Shown one piece after another: positions 14,351-27,500 of a DNA stretch of 64,000 bases. The DNA lies in contig NC_043015.1 of the NCBI RefSeq assembly GCF_006345805.1, positions 15,438,001 through 15,502,000 of the forward strand, written 5' to 3'. Each line of letters begins with the position of its first letter. Positions within the stretch are counted from its first letter, which is position 1. The notes beneath the pieces are model-generated. The model saw nothing but the letters and a program-made list of their open reading frames with translations, searched no databases and was not told the DNA's origin. A program made the position numbers and the translations under genes. This DNA comes from Octopus sinensis. Lineage: Eukaryota.

Positions 14351-17300
14351 CCTACATTTTATAGTCAACTGGTTGCAATTATGAAAAAGTATTTCATTTT
14401 TGACTTACTAAACAATTCATGTCATATACTGAATTTTAAGAAGCCTTCAAACCATGCTACCTTGGAAACAAATGGGAAAATATATTTCCAAATGAGAAAC
14501 ACATTGTGCTTGAAGATCAATAAAATATATATTTAGAGTATGTTTATGATCCACTTTTACATTATAACTAATTCATATTTCAAGGTTGTTTATAAACATA
14601 GAACAGTATGATTTGAACATATGGTTATTTCATAAAATACATAATTTATTTTATTAAAATGTTTATTACTATTTGTATGCATTACATTATTCTGTTGGAA
14701 ACCTAACTGAAGCCTTTTAAACTTTCTTGCACTTTATAGCCAAGTAAGCAATAAGGAAATTAGTTTAGAATGATACCACAAAGTCAATTTTTTTTGTATT
14801 TGTTGTTTTTTTTCAGGTTAAGTGATTGACAGAGGGAAAATTTATTCACAATTCTTTAACAGTACAAGTCAAAACCAACAATTTAGGAAGCTCATCTTTG
14901 CCAAAAATTCAAGACAAGTAGAATCAGCATATACTCCCACTTCAGATACCTTTGCTCAAAATAAACCTCTTCTTTCGTCTAATAAAAGAGTCCTTTAAGG
15001 CAGAATACCCAACATGAAATGGCCATACTAGAAATAAGTGATTGCCTAATTTAGTGGGTCTCAAACCAGTTTTCTTACCTATGGATCCTTTTGATTATTG
15101 TTTTATTCTGGTAGACCCCGCCACCTCTCCCCACAAACCATTCTATGTTTAAAATCCAGTTTTACAGTTTTCAAAATTCCTAGTTTACTTTTTCACACAT
15201 TCACTTGTGTTGGTTTGCAATAGCATTTTCTGAGAGAAAATGTTTAAGTAACACTATGATAAGTGCTAGAGAAAGAAGTCTAGTTGTATCTTGCAATAAA
15301 TAGATTTAAAGCAACATTCTTTTCATTGGACACTTAAAATATTACTGTGGATCCCCAGTCTATTATCTTGTGTAGGTCCCCCAAAACTTATATGGTTCAT
15401 CAGAGGTCATATGGGCCCCAAATGTGAACTAGTGTTTTAATATTTGCCAACAGAAAAAACATTTGCAAACAGTTAAAAACAAATTGAAGAAATTAAGTAT
15501 CAAGTAAAAGTTAGGATGGGATATTTAGAAATTATAACAATGAATGTTTCTTGTTGATACATTAAACTGATATCTCAGTTACAGAAGTTATCAATTTCTA
15601 CAGATTTATGATATTCTACCTGTTTTGCAAAAACACTAAATTCACTATAATTATTTGTTTACTGTAAATTCAGCAAACCTTTCACTACATATCTTGTTCA
15701 CTAACAGGTTTCTATCTTTTCCCTTCACAGGTTATGTATTCTGAATCACTCTTCTTCACAGTCAATATCTTTTCTATTCACATTTTCATTCATAGACTGA
15801 CAGAAGACCGAATTATGTAACCTGTCATTTCTGAATATGTAAAGATGATTACACAATACTTTTGATATACGACTTAGAAGTCTGATAAAGAAATTGGCAA
15901 TAATGGCATTGTGAAACTTGAAATTTCTCTCACAAAAGGAATATAAAAATCAGGTTACTGCAGCAAATGTTACAGCTCTACCCTACCCTTAATCCTAGTG
16001 TAATCTAAGGTAGATTCTATAGATACTACACGTGGAGTGTCATAGAGATCTTAAAGAATTACATGACAAATAAAATAATTGAAATAAATTCAATAATATA
16101 ATCTTAGTTGCAAAATTTGATGTATCCTTTCTATGGCACTTGATAAGGAATCAACACATGCAAAATGAAATGGTTGATTTATGCAGTGAACAGAATTTGA
16201 AGACAATCATGATGATGATGATGATGATGATGACAACAATGACAACAACGACAATGATGCTGATATGGGTGGTGGTGATGACTATCAGAATTATTACAAA
16301 AATCACCCCACCACCACCACCACTATTTCTATTGTCATCATCATGAATTGTGACAATTACGTTTTCAGTTTCTGAATGTCTTTAACTCCACATTGCCTCT
16401 TACTTCAACTTTTTCAGCTAGCATGAGACTCTGCCTTTTCTAAATACAACCTTCAGATTTCTCCTAATTGAAACCAATTCATGCCATTCAGTCTTTTTAT
16501 GTGACCAAACAATTGTTTCCACCTCTATTAGAAATAATAATTTAGAATGTCTCATTTATCTATGCCCTATTCTTCACAGACTATTCAGATTTCCTTGAAA
16601 TATTTTTGAACATATTTAATCAATTTCTTGTGAAAATGGGATTTTACCAAATTCTATAAAATCATGCAGTTTAGACATACAAAGGAAAATATGGAGTATA
16701 TGCATAACAAAGTATTACAAAAAATGCCTTTTTTTGGCTGTTCACATACTTTTGGATTAAATCCATAACTATTAGGTGGCAATGAATAATCTGGAAGAAT
16801 AGATAGAAAAATAACTATAACATAAGAAAAATACAATTTGGAATCTTTTACTGCAATAGAAATGTGTTGAAAATCAATTTTGCAATTTCCTGTGCAATGC
16901 TAGTTCTATAGCTCAGTATGTGTTTTATTTTTCACATTGTTAAATTTTTTTGGAAAAAAAGAAATAATAAAATGAACAGATTTAGTAAACATGAAAGTCT
17001 AGTTGCCACCCCAAGAGGTAATCTATGTAAGAGAGGGTGTAAAGAAATGCTACATGTTAATTATATCATATTATAGTTTTGCTTTTAAAAAGAAATTAAA
17101 TATCTGCAGAAATAGATTACCGAGGAAGTAAATACTCTTAAAGATTCATGGTAGTGTAAAGTGTGAGGTAAAATATATGTAGTAATAGCTAAATTGCAGT
17201 TAAATCAATGGCTGTTCTATTTATTTTAATAAAAGCATGTTATAGAAAACGTTCAACTAAAAAGCTATCTCTTGAAACAAAATGATTTTATCAAGAATAT

Positions 17301-17631
17301 TTTATGTAGCAGCCAGCTGAGATTATAAAGGTGGCGTTTTAAAAGGCTTCCAGAAATGCTTGATCTTCTTTGAAATAAGAGATTTTTAGAACAAAATTTA
17401 TTAGAATCCAGATAACTGCTGTGAAATTCTGGTACAACAAAAGGTTCACTTCCTATGGAATTCTAGTGATCATTAGTCTCTAAATAAACCTTATCAAACA
17501 CAAAGAAGTCAATGAACTATAAAAAAAATCTATAGTTTATTTCTCAGTTCTCCAGAATTCAATTTTTTTATTTTGAGGAGAAGCAAAATAGAAAAATGCC
17601 CAGGCAAAACAGTTAATTTTACTTGCTAATT

Positions 17632-18075
17632 TATTTCTTTATTGCCCACAGGGGGCTAAACATAGAGGGGACAAACAAGAACAGACAAAAGGATTAAGTC
17701 AATTACATCTACCTCAGTGCATAACTGGTACTTAATTTATTGACCCCGAAAGGATGAAAGGCAAAGTCGACCACAGTGGAATTTGAACTCAGAATGTAAC
17801 GGCAGATGAAATACCGCTAAGCATTTCGCCCAGCGTGCTAATGTTTCTTATTTCTTTATTGCCCACAAGGGGCTAAACATAGAGGGGACAAACAAGGACA
17901 GACAAAAGGATTAAGTTGATTACATCGACCCCAGTGTTTCACGGGTACTTAATTAATCAACCCTGAAAGGATGAAAGGCAAAATTGACCTTGGCGGAATT
18001 TGAACTCAGAATGTAACGGCAGATGAAATACCGCTAAGCATTTCACCCAGTGTACTAACGATTCTGCCAGTTAAC
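17632..18075 (-). repeat. Tandem dimer of family-2 SINE
   Basis: Two consecutive units about 212 bp apart. Confidence 0.85.
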
Positions 18076-19134
18076 TTTGCTCACTAATGATGCACTTATA
18101 TGTACCATTGGATATATTTCATTTGAAACCTAGACATACACATCAGCATTGTTACACCAATAAGTGCTGGTAAGCTCTCAAAATTGTAAACAACCAGTTC
18201 GCTGAACTGCCACAGTTTTAACAAACTTTGCTGAATTACAACAATGTTAAACCAAAAGTTCTGAATAAAAGATGCTGAATTTGGCAGTGAAATATTTCTT
18301 TATCAAATACATCATCATCGTCATCATTGTCATCATCACCACCATAATCTTTGTTGTCGTCATCATCCTTGTCATCGTCATCGTCATCATCATCATCATC
18401 ATTACCACCACCACCACCACCACCAGCATCATTTAATGTCCATTTTCCATGCTGGCATGAGTTGGACAGTTTGACAGGAGCTGGCAAATTGTCTGTTTTG
18501 GCATTGTTTTTGTGGCTGGATGCCCTTTCAAACATTAACTATTTTACAGAGTGTACCAGGTGCTTTTGATGTGACACTGTCGGAGGTGCTTTATATGTGG
18601 AAGTGGCATGAATGTTGTGTTAGTAGCACCAGCATGGGTGCTTTATATGTGGCACTGGCATGAGTGCTTTATACATGGCACTGGTATGGAGTGCATTGTA
18701 CATGGTACAAGAACTTTTTACATGACATTAAAAGTCATCTCATTAATATACTCTTTACTCTTTTACTCTTTTACTTGTTTCAGTAATTTGACTGTGGCCA
18801 TGCTGGAGCACTGCATTTAGTCGAGCATATCGACCCCAGGACTTATTCTTTGTAAGCCTAGTACTTATTCTATCGGTCTCTTTTGCCGAACCGCAAAGTT
18901 ACAGGGACATAAACACACCAGCATCGATTGTCAAGCGATGTTGGGGGGATATAACACAGACACACAAACATATACACACACATACATATATATATATATA
19001 CATATATACGACGGGCTTCTTTCAGTTTCTGTCTACCAAATCCACTCACAAGGCTTTGGTCGGCCCAAGGCTATAGTAGAAGACACTTGCCCAAGATGCC
19101 ATGCAGTGGGACTGAACCCGGAACCATGTGGTAT

Positions 19135-19675
19135 GCTTTTATCAGCTCTCAGATGTGGTACCTACCAAGCAGAAACCTTCATCATGCTAAGTTCATTGTG
19201 CAGAATATTCTCAACTCTCTCTCAGGATATGCTAATAGTATTGGCTATTTGATTTATACTCAATTGCCTGTTATCCATCACCATGTGGCAAACACAATCG
19301 ATGTTTCCTTTGGTGGTGGCAGTTACAGCATGTTCAGAACTTAGGTCATCTTCAAGACTCCCCATTTGCACCATTGATAAAGCTGGCATTGTCATCCCCT
19401 AACATAGCAACCAAACCAGCATGAATGTCACTGGGTGCTAAACCATTTTTCTACAAGTACTAAATAGCACCAAAATGCCAAATTATGTCAATTCTCAAGA
19501 GAAGTCACAACTAGTTATTTTTCATGTCTTCTGTGAACAGTCAGTTGTTAGTTTACCTGAAAAAAACAATGCAGTTATTAATAAGAAGAGCTGAAAATAA
19601 TGCATGCAAGATTTCACAGCTCTAGCGTCACTCCTTCATAGTCAGCCCATGAACTTTCAACACACCCTCATATAT
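19135..19675 (-). mobile_element. Mariner-type DNA transposon fragment
   Basis: Degraded N-terminal transposase (PSDIHAGLVAMLGDD...ISISXERVENILHNELSMMKVSAW*VPHL) and TIR-like end ACACCCTCATA. Interrupts a SINE. Confidence 0.7.
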
Positions 19676-20154
19676 GCAAATGTTGCCTTTTTCTTATCAA
19701 CTAATTATTTCTTATTAGAATTTTTTATATCTACTATATTACAAATGTTAACATAAACTTAATGAATGAACAATACTTAAGTTAGTTGTCTGATTACCTA
19801 GAGTACAAAATAATTCTCCTGACCTACTTTGACTCCATATTCATATAAATTTTTTTCCATTTTTATTCAGTAGATTAATAGAGTAGTGCATTAAAAGAAT
19901 AAAAAAATTTTAAAAACTAAATCACTGAGGTGAACTTTTCAGAGATACCCTCTAGACAAAAAGCATCAGTTTCTTATTCAAGTTCAGTGAAATAGTGCAG
20001 CTTATTTAGAGAACATAGAAATATTCACATTTTTTCAGTAATTCTTTTTAATTACAAGAATTTTTTTTTTGTGGTAAACTGTAGATAAATCTAGCAGCTG
20101 TTTTAATTAATTCAACATAAACTAATGTACATCAACCATCTTAATACATTCATT

Positions 20155-20186
<32 letters not shown>

Positions 20187-22326
20187 TATAATCTAAACAG
20201 CAGGTTGCAATGTTTCACCAACAAGGAGAATTATAATTGTCACTAAATGTGACTAGGGTGTTACAAATCACCAACATACAAAGAAATAAAAGCTAAAATG
20301 TAAGGTATCTGTATCTTTTATCTTCTACTTGTTTCAGTCGTTTGATTGCAGTCATGTTGGGGCACCACCTTGAAAGGTTTTTAGTTGAATAAATCATCCA
20401 TAAGACTTATCTTTTCAAGCCTAGTTCTTATTCTGTCAGTCTCTTTTGCTGAACTGCTAGGTTACAGGGACACAAACCTACCAACACCAGTTGTGAAGTG
20501 GTGGTGGGGGACAAACATGGACACAGGGACACATACACACATAAATATATACATATATAAGATGGGTTTCTTTCTACCAAATCCACTCACAAGGCTTTGG
20601 TCAGCCTCTGTTTATTTTTCTCATGTTCCTTTATGTTAAAGAGTGTAGGCTCGAAACATAAAACACTTTCTCACCTTCCCAAGTGTTAAACTAATACACC
20701 TGTTTGTTTTTTACACACCTGTTTTCGTCTTTTGTTGTTTTTTTTTGTAAATTCCAACTATATATATATATTTCGTTTTGGGATTTGGTTTGCAAGATTC
20801 TTTATGTGAGTTCGTGTGTTGAAGCATATTCTATTGTATCTGGGAAGAGTCATTTTCTTTTTGTGCCTTATAATTTAACACACTCACCAGTAAAATTTCC
20901 ACTTATTCCTTATTTTTATTTTCCTAAAATTTTCGTTGCGTCTTGCAACTTTTTCAATAGTCTTGAGTCAAGATTATTGGTCAGCCTGAGGTTATAATAG
21001 AAGACACTTGCCCAAGGTTCCACGCAGTGGGACTGATCCCAGAACCATGTGGTTGGGAAGCAAGCCACATTATGATGGCAAATAGTCTTTACTTTATATA
21101 TAGCCTTGACCCAAGACTATTGAAAATGTTGCAAGATGCAACGAAAATTTTAGGAAAATAAAAATAAGGAATGAGTGGAAATTTTACTGGTAAGTGTGTT
21201 AAATTATAAGGCACAAAAAGAAAATGACTTTCCCCAGACACAACAGAATACATATATATTTCTTTTATTCTTTTAATCTTTTACTTATTTCAGTCATTTG
21301 ACTGCGGCCATGCTGAAGCACCACCCTTTAGTCGAACAAATTGGCCCCAGGATTTATTCTTGGTAAGCCTAGTGCTCATTCTATTGGTCTTTTTTGCTGA
21401 ACCGCTAAGTTACAGGGACGTAAACACACCAACAATGTGTCCTATATTACACAATTTTCAAAACTACACCATTAGTTTTTTGATATGCTTTTAAACATAC
21501 ACTAAACTTTGGTGTGCTGAATGTTTTAATTTCCAGTGCTGAGATAATGCATGGAAAATTTATAACAGTTGGCAAATTCACATCAATATGTAAAGTAGCT
21601 TACTAGTATGCTAAGTAGTATTTTCAGGTAGCTATCAGGTGTGATTTCAGTTTATAGTTACAGTGTCAGACATGACTTCATGATGAGGAAGAAGCTTAGA
21701 AATTGTGGCCAATTCAATAGCTATGATGTTTCACTAAAAAATTGGAATATTCTGTTTAGTAAATATATTTGTAACTCCAGTTATAAACAAAGAACAAAAC
21801 TATCTCATTATCATCCTCATTATCCTCATCATCATCTGTTGTCCATCTTGGCATAGGTTGGACGGTTTGACTGGAGCTGGCAAGTTGAAAGGTTGCACCA
21901 GACTCTAGTCTGATTTGGCATGGCTGGATGGCCTTCTTAATGTCAACTACACCGGGAGTGTAGCGGGTGCTTTTATGTGCCACTGGCATGGGTGCCATTT
22001 GCATGACACTGATATCTGCCACAACTGCGATTTTGCTCAGCTTCATGGGACTTCTTCTCATCTATATATATATATATATATATATATATTTTATATATAT
22101 ATATTTTTTCTTTCCTTTTTTCTCTCCTTTTCTTCCTCTCCTTTTTTTTCTCTCCTTTTCTTCCTCTCCTTTTTTTTCTCTCCTTGTTTTTTCTGTGTCC
22201 CTTTCTCTAGAAGAGCATAGGCTTGAAACATAAAAGACTTTTTCTATTTCTGAGCGTTATACTAATACATCTGTTTGTTTTGTACACCACCTGTTGTCAT
22301 CTTTTGTTTCTTTTGTAAACTCTCCC

Positions 22327-22376
<50 letters not shown>

Positions 22377-22609
22377 TACTTTTGAAGCTCACTTGCATTT
22401 AGTCTGTTTTCCCTTGGTTCATATTAAGTCTGAATGAATCATACATTATATCAGCTGTATTCCTCTACTAGGACTAAAGTGTTTCATGATCATAGAACAG
22501 GTTCTTCAACTAGAGGCATGACACCCTAAAGACAGTACATGAATATACAAGTTACACTGATGTCTATCAGATAAATGAAGTAATATTAAATACCTACAAC
22601 ATCATATAC

Positions 22610-22915
22610 ATATATATGGATGGTGTAGTGAGAGAGGTAAATGCTAGAACCTTTGGTAGGGGAGTCCAAATGGTGGGGGAAAATGGAGAGAAATGGCAGG
22701 TGATTTAGTTGTTTTTTGCTGATGATACAGCACTGGTGGCAGATTCAGAAGAGGAACTGAGGAGACTGGTGGTAGAGTTTGGAAGAGTGTGTGAGAGGAG
22801 GAAACTGAAAGTGAATGTAGCTAAAAGTAAGGTGATGAGATGATCGAGAGATGAAATAGCTGGCAGGATGGATGTGAGTATAAATGGTGCGATATTAGAG
22901 GAGGTTACATGCTCA
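22610..22915 (+). mobile_element. RTE-clade LINE fragment
   Basis: LFFADDTALVADSEEELRRLVVEFGRVCERRKLKVNVAKSKVMR. Confidence 0.85.
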
Positions 22916-23208
22916 CATGGGATGTATTGAATTTGTTGGGGCAGATTTTCTATAACTGGATACCCTTGCTGTCACCAACCCTCAACTGTTTTCCCATGGC
23001 CAGACATGTTTTCACAGAAGGTTGGAAATGAACGATACTGCTTATAGGTGCAGGAGTGGCTGTGATGTAAGTAGCTAGTTTACCAACCACATGGTCCCGG
23101 ATTCAGTCCCATTGTGTGGTACCTTGGGCAAGTGTCTTCTACTATAGCCTCAGGCCAACCAAAGACTTATGAGTGGATTTGGTAGACGGAAACTGAAAAA
23201 TGTCTGTC

Positions 23209-23256
<48 letters not shown>

Positions 23257-23569
23257 ATGTACATGTTTGTGTGTCTGTGTTTTTCCCCCACCCACTTGAC
23301 AACCAATGTTGGTATGTATACGTCCATGTAACATAGTGGTTCGGCAAAAGAAACTGATAGAATAAGTCCTGGGGTCGATCTGTTCAACTAAAGGCAGTGC
23401 TCCAGCATGGCTGCAGTCAAATGACTGAAACAAATAAAAGAATGAAAGAATATGGTGGTGATGCTCATTTGCAACTATCACATGATACCAAGACAAGGAG
23501 ACACTAACGACCCCCCACCCACACACACACATACATACATATACATACATAGATACATATATATATATA

Positions 23570-23795
23570 TGCTGGTGTCATGTAAAAAGCACTGGTGATG
23601 GTGTCATGTAGAAACCACCCAGCACACTTTATGAAATGGTTGGCATTAGGAAGGGAATCCAGCTGTAGAAACTAAGCAAAAACAGACTATGGAATCCTGG
23701 TGTGGCCCCTGAACTTGCCAGTTCCTGTCAAGTCGTCCAACCCATACCAGCATGGTGAATGGCCATTAAATGTTGATGATGATGATGAGGATGAT
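23570..23795 (+). mobile_element. SINE-like family 3 with (GAT)n tail
   Basis: GGCATTAGGAAGGGAATCCAGCTGTAGAAAC...CCCATACCAGCATGG...(GAT)n. Related pieces near 18440, 21835, 22920, 24370, 27860. Confidence 0.7.
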
Positions 23796-23800
23796 TATAT

Positions 23801-23866
<66 letters not shown>

Positions 23867-24038
23867 ATAAATATTAGGGAATAAATCCAAATTTACAGGG
23901 AAAAATCAGATTTAGGATTAAATCGATTTTATAGTAAAATATTATAAAATATTATTCGAGACAAAACCACTATTTTGCAAAACAAACAAGGAAAGACTTA
24001 ATCAATACATAAATTTTAATAAATAGTCAAAAAAACCG

Positions 24039-24081
24039 CCACTACAATCGTTTCTTGTCTTGATCGACAATCTTCAGGTGG
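24039..24081 (-). ncRNA. Minimal type-I hammerhead ribozyme motif (mirror copy in left arm)
   Basis: Exact reverse complement of 24135-24177. Confidence 0.65.
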
Positions 24082-24134
24082 ACTTCCAATAATTCAGTGT
24101 CGAATTAATAATTTGACACTGAATTATTGGAAGT

Positions 24135-24177
24135 CCACCTGAAGATTGTCGATCAAGACAAGAAACGATTGTAGTGG
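24135..24177 (+). ncRNA. Minimal type-I hammerhead ribozyme motif
   Basis: CCAC-CTGAAGA-TTGTC(GATCAA)GACAA-GAA-AC(GATT)GT-A-GTGG. All core nucleotides present, helix I 4 bp, helix II 5 bp, helix III 2 bp, GUA cleavage triplet. Confidence 0.65.
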
Positions 24178-24263
24178 CGGTTTTTTTGACTATTTATTAA
24201 AATTTATGTATTGATTAAGTCTTTCCTTGTTTGTTTTGCAAAATAGTGGTTTTGTCTCGAATA

Positions 24264-24303
<40 letters not shown>

Positions 24304-24518
24304 TATATGTATATATATGTATATATATATATATATATGTATAAATATATATATGTATATATGTATATATATAGGAAGGGCATCCAGCTGTAGAAACTCT
24401 TCCAGATCAAGATTGGAGCCTGGTGCAGCCATCTGGTTCGTCAGCCCTCAGTCAAAATCGTCCAACCCATGCTAACATGGAAAGCGGATGTTAAACGATG
24501 ATGATGATGATGATGATG

Positions 24519-24552
<34 letters not shown>

Positions 24553-27500
24553 CATACATATATGATGAATTTCTTTTAGTTTCTGTCAACCAAATCTACT
24601 TACAATGCATTGGTTGATCCAGGGCTTTAGCAAAGACCTTTGCCTAAGGTGCCACATAGTGAGACTGAACCTAAACTCATTTGATTGGAAACAAACTTCT
24701 TAACTATACACCCACACCTGCACCTATGAACCATGCCTACACCTATATATAAGTCATACCTGCATCTATCATACTGATTTCAAATTTTGGTGACCAGGTA
24801 AGTTAATTACATTGATCCCAGTACTCAGCTGATACTTATTTTGATCGATCCCAAAAGGATGAAAGGCAAAGTTGACTTCAGTGGAATTTGAACTTAGAAC
24901 ATTAGGATGGATGAAATACCACTAAGAGTTTTGCCCAGCATGCCAATGATTCTGCCAGCTCGCTACCTGCATCTATCTCATTAAAAATATTTTCTCTCAG
25001 GCTATATTTGAGAAGGTGTATGGCTTAATGGTTAGGTAAGTGGGCTCATGATTATAAGGTCATAGGGTTGGTTTTTGGTCTGGGTGTGCAGTACATGTTT
25101 GAACAAGGCACTTTATTTGACATTGTTTCAATCCATTCAGCTGGCAAAAATGAATATTAAATTGGCTGAGTGCCCAGTCAGCATCAATTGAGAATGACAG
25201 TCTTAATGGGATTTGACCATCAATGAATAGCTATATCCAATCTTCCTTTACTGGCTTCAGTCAATGGACTGTGGTAGTTCTGGGGCACCACCTTGAAGTG
25301 TTAGGTTGGACAAATTGACTTATTTCTTAAGTCTGGTACTTGTTCTGTCAGACCCTTTGCCAAACTGCTAAGTTACAGGGACATTAACAAACCAACACAA
25401 GTTCTCAAGCAGTGGGATAAACACACATACACACACATATCCATCAAGTTTTCATACAGCATCTGTCTACCAAATTCACTTACAAGGCATTGGTCAGCCC
25501 AGAATTATAAAAGAAGACCCATGCTGAAGGTGCTGTGCAGAGGGTCTGAACCCGAACCCACATGGGTGCAAAGCAAACTTCTTAAACACACAGTCATGCT
25601 TACACTTATAAATTTATTTATCATTCATTATTTTTATAATAAACTGCACCAAATCCATGCTGAAAAGAGCTTGGTGATGGAAACCATGCAAGAAAATTAA
25701 AAAAAAGTTTTAATGGCATACACAACATAAAATATTAGTGATTTTCTTTGTTGCAATGGATACCAGATGACAAAGAGCAATGACAAGTGGCAGGACACAG
25801 TGAGATGACGATGATGATGCCACTGACGCCACTGCCGCCGCCGCCGCCACCACCACGACCACCACCGCAATGGCTGCCAACATGGCAAAACAGTTGTAAA
25901 ATATAATTAGGTATAGTATCATGAATATATAATGACATTTTTCCGTGTTTCTTTTGGAGTTTATGAACATTAAAATATTAAGAAGAACTACTGCCATAAA
26001 ACATATTTTAGAATTTACCTAACATCCAGTGGTATAATATTCAGAAATAGAGATAATCTTGTTTTATTTAAAAGCTGTAGTTTTGTAATTTCCCTTCTTT
26101 ATTCATACTGAAAACATCATTCTATCCCCCAGGGTAAATATTTCAAACACTTCATTTGAAGAGCCTCAGTTTTTCTTTTCTTTTCTTTTTGCTTTTCTTA
26201 CCAGTGTTTACATCTTTCCCCAGTATATGAAAGCAAAAGACACACACATACATACACACTCTAATGTGTGCATATACAAACACGATGGGCTTCTATACAG
26301 TTTCCATGTACCAAATTCCACTCATAATGTATTAGTCAAACTGCAGTTTTGTGAGAAGACACTCAGTATATCATGCAATGAGAATGAACTCAGAAACATA
26401 TAGCTATGAAGTGAAAATCTTAATTACACAGCAATACCAGTACCCATCCCTATTACAATTTATAAAAACAATCCCTGCTAGCTTCCTCGTCCTTGATCCA
26501 CTCATAATAAGACACAGCAATAATCCACTGACTCAATAAACACCATGGGACAAAGGAGTTTCATTTTATATGCTACATATAATTAACCTTGGATATTGTT
26601 TAAGAAATAAAGAAGAAAACAAGTGAAGACACCTAAAGTTACCATCTTAGCTCATTACTAACCAATGAAGACAATGACTGACTAGGGGACATATCCCTGC
26701 AGAGGATCAGAGTATTAAAACTACTCCCACTTATACTACCCTTTCTGCACACCTGAATCTACAGCAGCATTTCATTGTCACAAATGTATGATGATCCAAC
26801 TGCTGCAATGTAAAGTCAGCTGTCTGTGATTCCCGGAAGTTTCAGCTATCAATAATCAATGAAAGCTTTGACTGACTATCTTATTGTCAGCTTTATCTCG
26901 TATCCAAAAATTTAGTTTCTTCTTGCTTTACGGTAATGGTGTTGATGACTAAGTAGACTAATTCTTGTATAGAAGAGTCAATGGCTCTGGTAGCATGGTA
27001 ATATGTTGGTGGAGGATGAGGTTGATTTTGTTGAACCTTTCTCTCCTGTCATTTGATTTCTTCCTTTTCTCTTCTGATGGCTTCAAAGTGTTTGGTTTCA
27101 ATGATGATATAACACTGTCACTTGCTTCAGTCTTGAGCTTGTGTTTTAAATGGTTTAGGTTTCAACAAAGGATCCAAACACATGAGGTGACTGCTTCTAC
27201 CTATACAACACAATCTGTACACCTGAAATTATGAAAGCGGTGCTATTGTCACAGATGTGCTCAATATCCAAGCAACCAAAACAAGACTATTTGAATCTTA
27301 GTAGTGGGAGTCTATCCCTTATGTTCCACACAGTCTCACCCATGATACACAGTTGCGACACTTGCAGAGGTCATGTTTTCATGTAAAAAAAAAAGCTGCA
27401 AGCACATCAGACTCACTTTCAGACTCCCCCTTTCTTGTGTAATAGTGATTTCAAATTTGGGCACAAGGCCAGCAATGTTGGGGGTGGTAGTGGCAGGGGC

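Larger units (their letters stand above)
23863..24273. mobile_element. Inverted Penelope-pLTR/retrozyme-like remnant forming a perfect palindrome
   Basis: Arms 23943-24101 and 24115-24273 are exact reverse complements, with a 13-nt spacer. The left arm extends about 80 bp further. (TA)n lies on both sides and CpGs are retained. Confidence 0.7.

Noticed and set aside
26900-27223. Minus-strand segment after a good acceptor, with an in-frame TGA (selenocysteine idea)
   Set aside because: Every frame has stops, no SECIS is evident and no homology is recognised. Could be a TE relic or UTR.
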